A DNA stretch of 64,000 bases from contig OZ024756.1 of NCBI GenBank assembly GCA_964016885.1, forward strand, positions 6,758,001 through 6,822,000. Direction: 5' to 3'. Position 1 is the stretch's first letter. Each line of letters starts with the position of its first letter. Made by a program: the position numbers and the translations under genes. The DNA comes from Eledone cirrhosa. Taxonomy: Eukaryota. The notes beneath the pieces were generated by a model. The model made no database searches and was not told where the DNA came from. It saw only the letters and a list, made by a program, of their open reading frames with translations. Below are positions 55,960 to 64,000 of this stretch, in pieces.

Positions 55960-56787
55960 GTGAAAGAAGAGGAAAAAGAGGAGACGAGGGAAGCACCTAC
56001 TCTTTGTGCTCCTAAGGAGAAGGGTTGCACATTTTTTCCGGGGTGTGCGCGACCCATGTTAATGCCCCCTCCCTATTGAGGACTTCGTTTGTTGTTGTTA
56101 TTTCATTGTTATATTTTTGTACTCGTTAATTATATGTAAACTTCCCCCCTTGTATCTGTCCCTACCTTTTGTGCCCTAGTGGCAAATAAAGAAACCACTC
56201 TATATATACTATTGTATTTTCATGGTAAAAGCTTTACCTCACATAATATCTCACATAACATTTACATTACTCTATATATACTTTTGTATTTTCATAGCAA
56301 AGGCTTTATTTCTCATAATCATCTGACATAATATCGAATTTAAGATATTTTGATATTATATGTTTGGAGAATAATACTTTAACATCAGTATGAGCGGCCG
56401 TTTACGACCAAATTGAACAGAAAGAGGTGAGAGAATTTTGGCTAGATATGACCTGTTTAAATGCTAAAGGGTTAAAAAGCTATTCTCGCTTTGAAAAGAC
56501 ATGAACTCACTTAGAACTCTAAAGGTAGTTGCTATAGAGGTTGTAATCGCATTCGTCCCGATAGAGCTTAGAGGTTAAATTGACAAGATAAGATAACAAA
56601 TTGCAGTAAAGTATTAACTCAATATATAGCCTCTATATAGGTAGAGCTGATCGTTGGTAATCCTATTCAGATAAAGACCATTTTCGGCTTAGATTTAGGA
56701 ATAGAAATCACTTAAAGGGAGTATGAAAGTAAAAATCACAAATCATCCGTTGAGCAGCAGAGAACGCGGTAATATTTGTTTGATTGG

Positions 56788-56965
56788 TGGTCTGGCAGTA
56801 TCGGTGGAGCGTCAGACACCATACTTTGCGGCATGGTTATGGCCCTTTGCGTTCTGAGTTCAAATCCGCCGAGTTTAACTTTTCCTTTCATCCTTACGAG
56901 GTCAATAAAATAAAGTATCAGTGATGCACTGGGGTAATCGCTCGCCTTATGCCAAAAGCAGAAAC
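56788..56965 (+). mobile_element. tRNA-head SINE
   Basis: A/B boxes and core. Confidence 0.8.
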
Positions 56966-57782
56966 TTAAATAAAGAAAGATATCTTGAAGAGCTATTTTC
57001 TGAGTGAGGGCAATACATTTCTGAAAGGAACTTGCTGTGGTAGTTATTATTTTACACAAGAAAAAGTGTAATTATTTTGTCATATTATACTTCAACATAC
57101 TTCGTGGCTTTATAAAGAAACTACAAGGAGTTTTATAGTCATTTAAATGTATATATTCGAAGAAAAAAAGAAGAAATAATTTGATCAAATTATTCAGCTG
57201 TTACATTTGACGAAGAAAGCTCATGGCAGCTAGAGTCTGCGACTCAGTTTCTGTTACCATTTGTATTGAAGTTCAGTGTTGTGCGAAACACAATTATTCC
57301 AGTAAGCCAAGAAGATCACGGCAGACATTTCACTTCTTAAACAAACAGTTCTGAAATACGACAAGGTATAAACAGTAGAGCGACGAAAGGAGAAATATAT
57401 GGTTGATAGTATAGAAGCTCTGGCGTCCATTTACATCCTGAGATAAAATCTTGTGAAGCTCTACTTAGCTATCTTCTCCCACCACGGGAGGTCGATAACA
57501 TAAATTAACACTGAACGGGATTTAATCCAATACCCTGTTCCTCTTTAAAGTTAAAGCCTCCATTTGGATGAAGTTAAAGTTGAGTCGGGTTTGGGGGGTG
57601 GGCGTTCGAGACTGAAGTGTTGTAGTGGTACTATCTAAGATATTTGGTCATATCTTATACATGAGATTTGAAGAGGATAAGCAACTAACTGATCAAGAAT
57701 GAACTGTTTTTTGGTCGTGAAAAAAAGCTTAGGTTTGGGGGTTTGGAAAGTAGTTTGGCAATGTTCTCTATATTAGAGGTCA

Positions 57783-57970
57783 GTGGATTGGCAGTATCGG
57801 TAGAGCGTCAGACACCATCCTTTGCAGCATAGAGTTATGGCCCTTTACGTTCTGGGTTCAAATCACACCGAGGTTAGCTTTGTCTTTCTTCCTTACGGAG
57901 TCGATAAAATAAAGCCCCAGTAATAAACTGGGGGTAACTGCTGGCCTTGTGCCAAAAGTGGAAACAATTA
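57783..57970 (+). mobile_element. tRNA-head SINE
   Basis: A/B boxes and core. Confidence 0.82.
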
Positions 57971-58079
57971 TGAATGCTCGGACGGGCGGGGGATTGGTGG
58001 AGGCATTAGAGCGTCGGAGAAATGCTAAAGAGTTTGTGTTCTGAGAGTTTACTTTCTAACTGAAAATTCAATTCAGTAT

Positions 58080-58233
58080 TAGTACCAACCCTTACCTATG
58101 GTCACGAATCTTGGGTAATGACTGAACGAATACGATCGCGAATACAAGGGCAGAAATGGGGTTTCTTCGAAAGGGTTTTGGAGTAACGTTACTCGAGAGA
58201 GTGCGTAGCTCGGAGATCAGAGAGTCACTCCAG

Positions 58234-58235
<2 letters not shown>
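58080..58235 (+). pseudogene. RTE LINE ORF fragment
   Basis: [47 protein letters not shown] (with frameshifts). Confidence 0.7.
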
Positions 58236-58312
<77 letters not shown>

Positions 58313-58331
58313 CATACATATATATATACAC

Positions 58332-58800
58332 ATGATGGCTGCCCCTCGTTATCGAGTATGGCTATTGCACGATATACCATTATTAATAATTATTTATTAA
58401 TTCTCTCGTGCAATGCTTATGCGTGAAAATATTTTTGAAAGTGAGGAAAGACTGTGCACGGAGCCAATCCCACTCTCTGAGCGACAGTAGCTATAACCCG
58501 AAAAGAAGAAAAGATCAACATCATCGGTAACTACTGAGCCGCAGGTTTTATATCGGAGTTATCCCAGTTTCCTGAGTTGCCTTCTTCTAGAAGAATATCC
58601 TGCCAAAGGCTAGGATGGCCGTTGACTCTTACGAGTTCTTCCACCATTTGTTTTTGTTTTTTGTCCTGCAGGGTGTCCAAAATCACCCTCCTCATCAAGT
58701 AAACTTGGTGGAGTTGTCGGGTTAGTCGCCGACGACCCGAACATGCGACAGGTTGTACTGGGTTACATGTTACCAGGAGCACTCAAGAGTGACCTGACAT
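58332..58800 (-). mobile_element. RTE-derived non-autonomous element
   Basis: Shares 5' block and 3' tail with 21118-21665. Confidence 0.55.
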
Positions 58801-58865
58801 AATATATACACATACACACATACGTACATACATATATATTACATACACACATATATCACATATAT

Positions 58866-59233
58866 CTAAGTCGGGTAAAATTCCCGAGATCCATCGACGA
58901 GTTCTCTGCAGCGGTCTCTGTCCCTCATTATCGCTGCCATGTCCTGCGTCTCCAACAGTCAAGTGTCTGTCCTTAGGGCATCAATGTAGGCTAACCTTGG
59001 TCTTCCTCTTCCAGTGTGTCCATGTAGGGGCTCCTACAAGAGCACTGAGTGCAATGTCAACTCTGGATGTCGGTGAGCATGTCAAGCTAATCTCAGCCTC
59101 CTCTGTGTCACTTTGAGCTGACTTTTGGTGGGTGCTACACGAGAATGCTGAGGATGGCTCTGAACATTAATCCATATACACTGAGGATGAAAAACTCAGA
59201 GTTGTATGGGAGCCTCCCAAAAGTCAGCTCAAA
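58866..59233. mobile_element. RTE-like LINE 3' end (minus) with 5' inversion (plus)
   Basis: 58866-59127 matches 60726-60914; 59130-59233 plus strand GCYTRMLRMALNI..NSELYGSLPKVS; 16-bp overlap TTGAGCTGACTTTTGG / CCAAAAGTCAGCTCAA. Confidence 0.75.
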
Positions 59234-60580
59234 ATATCACATATATATGTATATATATTTGTGTACGCGGGACAGTAAAAGACATCCTCAACATATCACT
59301 ACATCCATAATCAGCACCATCATCACCACCATCATCACCACCATCATCACCACCATCATCACCATCATCATCACCACCGTCATCACCACCATCACCGCAA
59401 CGATATCTATTTCGTCACAACTCCCTAAAATGTCTACAGGGACAACAACCACAACTACACTAATTAACTAAGTTACAACAACAACAACACAAACCACCAC
59501 CACAACAAAAACAACTACAACACAAATCTGTAAAGTTAAAAAGACAACATCTCATTCCTCTCCTCCTTCTTCTTCTTATTATTATTCCTCTTCTCCTTCT
59601 TCTTCTTCTTCTTCTTCTTCTTCTTCTTCCCCTTCGCCTTCTTCTTTTCTTCTTCAACTTCTTCCCCTTCTTCATCTTCTTCCCCTTCTTCACCTTTTTT
59701 ACTTCTTCTTCTTCTTTTTCTTTTTCTTTTTCTTTTTCTTCTTCTTCTTCCCCTTCTTCTTCTTCTTCTTCTTCTTCTTCTTCTTCTTCTTCTTCTTCTT
59801 CTTCTTCTTCATGAAGTGTTTATATTTACCAGATATCCAACGACATTTAAATATTTAGCTGAGGGGTGAGAGGTGAAGTGTTAGAGGGCGCCCCGTGGGG
59901 ACGGGAGCTTGTAAATGGGACAGACTTCTACTGGAACTATTTCTATATACAAACCACCACCACACACTCACACACACATATAAACACACACACTCACACA
60001 TATACATAGGCACACACAACAAACACATGCACACACACACACATAGGCACACACAACAAACACATGCACACACTCACACTCACACATACGCACACACAAC
60101 AAACACATGCACACACATACTCAGACACAACAAACACATGCACACACTCACACACACATACGCACACACAACAAACACATGCACACACCCACACACACAC
60201 ATACTCACACACAACAAACACACACTCACACACATACATACTCACACACAACAAACACACACTCACACACACACACTCACACACATACATACTCACACAC
60301 AACAAACGTACACACACACATATGTGTGTGTATCGAACCTCGGCCGATTCCCACGACTAGTGTTCCAGTTCCTCAGTAAACGTTACAACACTCTCATGAA
60401 ATTAGCATGAAAGTGGCTGAGTATTCCACAGATGATTGCACACTTAATGCAATTCTCAGGGAGATTCAACTGGAGCAATAAGAAATGAAATGTATTGCTC
60501 AAAGACAAAACTTACCATTTATGATTGAACTCTTACGATTGTAAATCAATAAGCCAGCCACCTTCACTATACAGTCACGT

Positions 60581-60622
<42 letters not shown>

Positions 60623-60668
60623 TAACAAACACGCACACATATATATGTGTGCACTATGTGTATATATA

Positions 60669-60721
<53 letters not shown>

Positions 60722-60725
60722 ATAT

Positions 60726-60914
60726 CTAAGGTGGGTAAAATTCCCGAGATCCATGGACGAGTTCTCTCCAGCGGTCTCTGTCCCTCATTATCGCTGCCAT
60801 GTCCTGCATCTCCAACAGACCAGTGTCTGTCCTTAGGGCATCAACATACGTTAACCCTGGTCTTCCTCTTCTAGTGTGTCCATGTAGGGGCTCCCAAAGG
60901 AGTACTGAGTGCAA
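60726..60914 (-). mobile_element. RTE-like LINE 3' end
   Basis: [37 protein letters not shown]; ends in (TA)n. Confidence 0.8.
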
Positions 60915-61063
60915 TATATATATATATATATATATATAGAATAAGGTTAATATATATATGAGGGTACAATGTACGCCCGGAAATATATAGTGTGTCTATG
61001 ATTTAAGGTGGTTCTATGGTAATAATTTGATATACCAGAACTTAATATCAAGATAAGCAGAAC

Positions 61064-61141
61064 TTCTCTGATGATCGTTGCTTTTCCATTAATATCCACG
61101 TGATATCTAATGTTTTGCAACGTGAAACTGTACAGTTAGGG
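61064..61141 (+). ncRNA. Hammerhead motif with long stem II
   Basis: TTCT-CTGATGA-TCGTTGC..GCAACGT-GAAA-CTG TA CAG-TT-AGGG; stem I weak. Confidence 0.6.
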
Positions 61142-61258
61142 CCATTTGAATAGGTAAATATTTATATTATATTTTTTAATTTTGATTAATTTTAATTGTA
61201 TATTAATTTTGATTTATTTTGAAAAATTGATTGAATTTTACTTGTTCTGCTTATCTTG

Positions 61259-61328
<70 letters not shown>

Positions 61329-61333
61329 GTATA

Positions 61334-61492
61334 TAGGAAAAAGTATGACCCCGACGGCAAACGTCAAGCCGTATTGACGGCTTGAGCTCTGCCGTTGGGG
61401 TCATACTTTTTCCTATTTCCCACTCTACTACCCTAAGTATTGAGTACTCTGGTGCGTTAAGGTCCATCTGGTTCCTTACCACATTTCCTTTG

Positions 61493-61495
<3 letters not shown>
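61334..61495. mobile_element. Family D foldback element
   Basis: Sequence match to the other D copies. Confidence 0.75.
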
Positions 61496-61563
<68 letters not shown>

Positions 61564-61962
61564 GGTATACACAGACGCACACACATACAAACAACAAGAT
61601 AAACACCAACACCAACACACATCCACACACATACACACATATATATATATGTGTTCCACATTAAACATTATCCGATACAAAATTCAATATATACAATATG
61701 GTTATATTTATTTTATTCTATATAAAAGACAGTTACCTACTTACAGACAAACACTTACACCAACTCACACACTCACACACACACTCACACACACGCATAC
61801 ACATCCATACATACGCACACCAACACACTCACACACCGACACACACTCACACACACACACACGTCTTTTATTAACTTTTCCCCCGGAAGTATGAACCAAA
61901 CAGTACTAGTGTGTTAACTTTTTTTAACCTTGATATATATGTGTATGTGTGTGTATATGTAC

Positions 61963-62058
<96 letters not shown>

Positions 62059-62140
62059 ATACTCACAGACACACACACACACACACACACAAAGAGACAC
62101 ACAGGCGTACACACGTCTGTATTTGTGTGTGTGTGTATAT

Positions 62141-62188
<48 letters not shown>

Positions 62189-62236
62189 TTAAAAAAATAT
62201 ATATAGTGAAAGACTGAAAAAATAATATGGTCAACA

Positions 62237-62494
62237 GTACAAAAAGGGTTTCATTTACAGTATTAACAATTGTTTCACTGATTAAGTTGTTTAAAAATTG
62301 CTAATCACTTGAAGTCGTGTCACTCAATTTTAAATACGATGTATACTTAACAAAATCATCAGAGAAACTGATGATTTGGTTAAGTATACATTTGTATTTA
62401 AAATTGAATGACACAACTTCAAATGATTATCAGATTTTAGACAACTTAATCAGTGAAACAATTGTTAATACTGTAAATAAAACCCTTTTTGTAC
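62237..62494. repeat. 258-bp palindrome made of two opposed hammerhead cores
   Basis: TCATCAG-AGAAA-CTGATGA at centre (62356-62374); TTGGTTAAGT/ACTTAATCAG stem II; GAAA-CAATTG-TT. Confidence 0.75.
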
Positions 62495-62886
62495 GATAAA
62501 ACCCTTTTTGTGTGTATGACTGACACTCATACACACACACACACATATATACACATATATATGTGTATATAAATACACATATACACATACATATACACAT
62601 ACATACATACGCACATAAATATCAACACATCCATACATACACATATACAAGCACACACACATATATACACACATATATATATGGAAAAATAAATATATAT
62701 ATATATACACTCTTTCACTATTATTACTCCAAGATTAACTTGCATAGGAATTCCCGACAACTCACGAACTCGCTACCTAAGGAAAACCTCTTGTTGAGTC
62801 AAACAACGCCGTACGCTAAAACTATCCAGAATACGGAGTATTCACAACGTCTAACTGGATTACCTATAACGATAATTTGTTACGCC

Positions 62887-62952
<66 letters not shown>

Positions 62953-63219
62953 GAAGTAATTCCGTCGGAAAAGTCCAGGAAAAAAGAGTGCTCTATGTAG
63001 GTAACAGAGCTTAATAGTTATGTAATAAACAACATAAAGCAATTATTACATTTACCAGTGGTTTCTTAAAAGCAAAAAAATTTGCTTTCATTCCTCAGAA
63101 GGAAAAAATCCTGGTCTGTTTATTAAATTTGGATTTTAAAAACAAAAATGCAATCTATATGAAAGTGAGGCTTGAGAAAGAAGAAGGAAAGGAAAAATGA
63201 AATAAAACCACACATGCAA

Positions 63220-63250
<31 letters not shown>

Positions 63251-63259
63251 CAAAAGCAT

Positions 63260-63318
<59 letters not shown>

Positions 63319-63323
<5 letters not shown>

Positions 63324-63851
63324 AAATAACGAAACGAAATTAAATTTCGTTTCGCTTCTAACTCACTTTTGTATGACTGACGCTTAAACAATTAAGTTAA
63401 AGTGTACATCTACATATGTATACGGAAGTACTAGTATGCATATAAATACACACATGTATACATATGTACATGTACCGAGTTTTTCACTAGACACTTTACA
63501 GTGAGTGTCCAGCTAGTCTGTATGTAAACAAACAGACGAACCGGGTTTTAAAGTCATACGAGTGTTCAAGGAAACACACTTCCTCTATTCTCCAGAGAGC
63601 CAGACAGGAATATTGGACTAGTTTCGATGTTATTACATCTCATCAGCAATATTTACCTATCTTCCGGCTTCTCTGGAGAATTGTAAAAGCACATATCGTT
63701 ATATGCTTTTTCTATGAAAATCAGTAGTGGGCAGACTAACTTGCATAGAACGTGAGTCATTGTACGCGCCGGTTCAGCGGAAACGATAAAAACAAATAAC
63801 GAAACGAAATTAAATTTCGTTTCGCTTCTAACTCACTTTTGTATGACTGAC
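63319..63851 (-). mobile_element. Dispersed diverged 1.1-mer of the 469-bp unit; hammerhead at 63609-63653
   Basis: Same unit with scattered substitutions, about 62-bp terminal redundancy, hammerhead unchanged. Confidence 0.9.
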
Positions 63852-64000
63852 ACTCATACACACACACACACATATATACACATATATATGTGTATATAAA
63901 TACACATATACACATACATATACACATACATACATACGCACATAAATATCAACACATCCATACATACACATATACAACCACACACACATATATACACACA

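Larger units (their letters stand above)
50546..56196 (+). mobile_element. Full-length L1/Tx1-clade retrotransposon (LINE copy 2, diverged sister family of copy 1)
   Basis: ORF1 and ORF2 colinear with copy 1; ends AATAAAGAAACC; interrupts the 72-bp satellite. Confidence 0.93.
49047..56471. mobile_element. piggyBac-type non-autonomous DNA transposon containing a 72-bp satellite and nested LINE insertions
   Basis: TTAA-CCCTTTAGCATTTA (49043-49060) and TAAATGCTAAAGGG-TTAA (56458-56475): 14-bp TIR, TTAA TSD, CCC/GGG ends. Confidence 0.85.

Noticed and set aside
57198-57301. Possible host exon (AG..GTAAGC, open frame VTFDEESSWQLE..)
   Set aside because: Weak polypyrimidine tract, no recognisable homology and no partner exons; needs RNA-seq
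58690-58800. HDV-like ribozyme at the RTE-derived 5' end
   Set aside because: Only a bulged hairpin seen; could not build the nested double pseudoknot

Overview
Eukaryotic, AT-rich, microsatellite-saturated DNA with no recognisable host exon. The SINE family and repeat landscape suggest an Octopus-type cephalopod (inference, not verified). Contents: (1) two full-length but decayed L1/Tx1-clade LINEs (2678-8486 and about 50546-56196); (2) a TTAA-flanked piggyBac-type MITE (49047-56471) whose internal 72-bp satellite was hit twice at the same register by the same LINE, echoing the Xenopus Tx1D/Tx1L composite; (3) about 25-30 type I hammerhead ribozyme motifs in at least 8 sequence families, mostly in short elements embedded in (TA)n tracts, including a near-perfect 469-bp tandem array with a terminal inversion (40246-44168) that looks like a non-LTR retrozyme, alongside Penelope RT/GIY-YIG fragments that could represent the mobilising lineage; (4) tRNA-head SINEs, RTE LINE fragments, Helentron/DINE-like elements, foldbacks and satellites. 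Most ORFs in the supplied track are microsatellite artefacts. Coordinates were counted by hand and may be off by a few bases.
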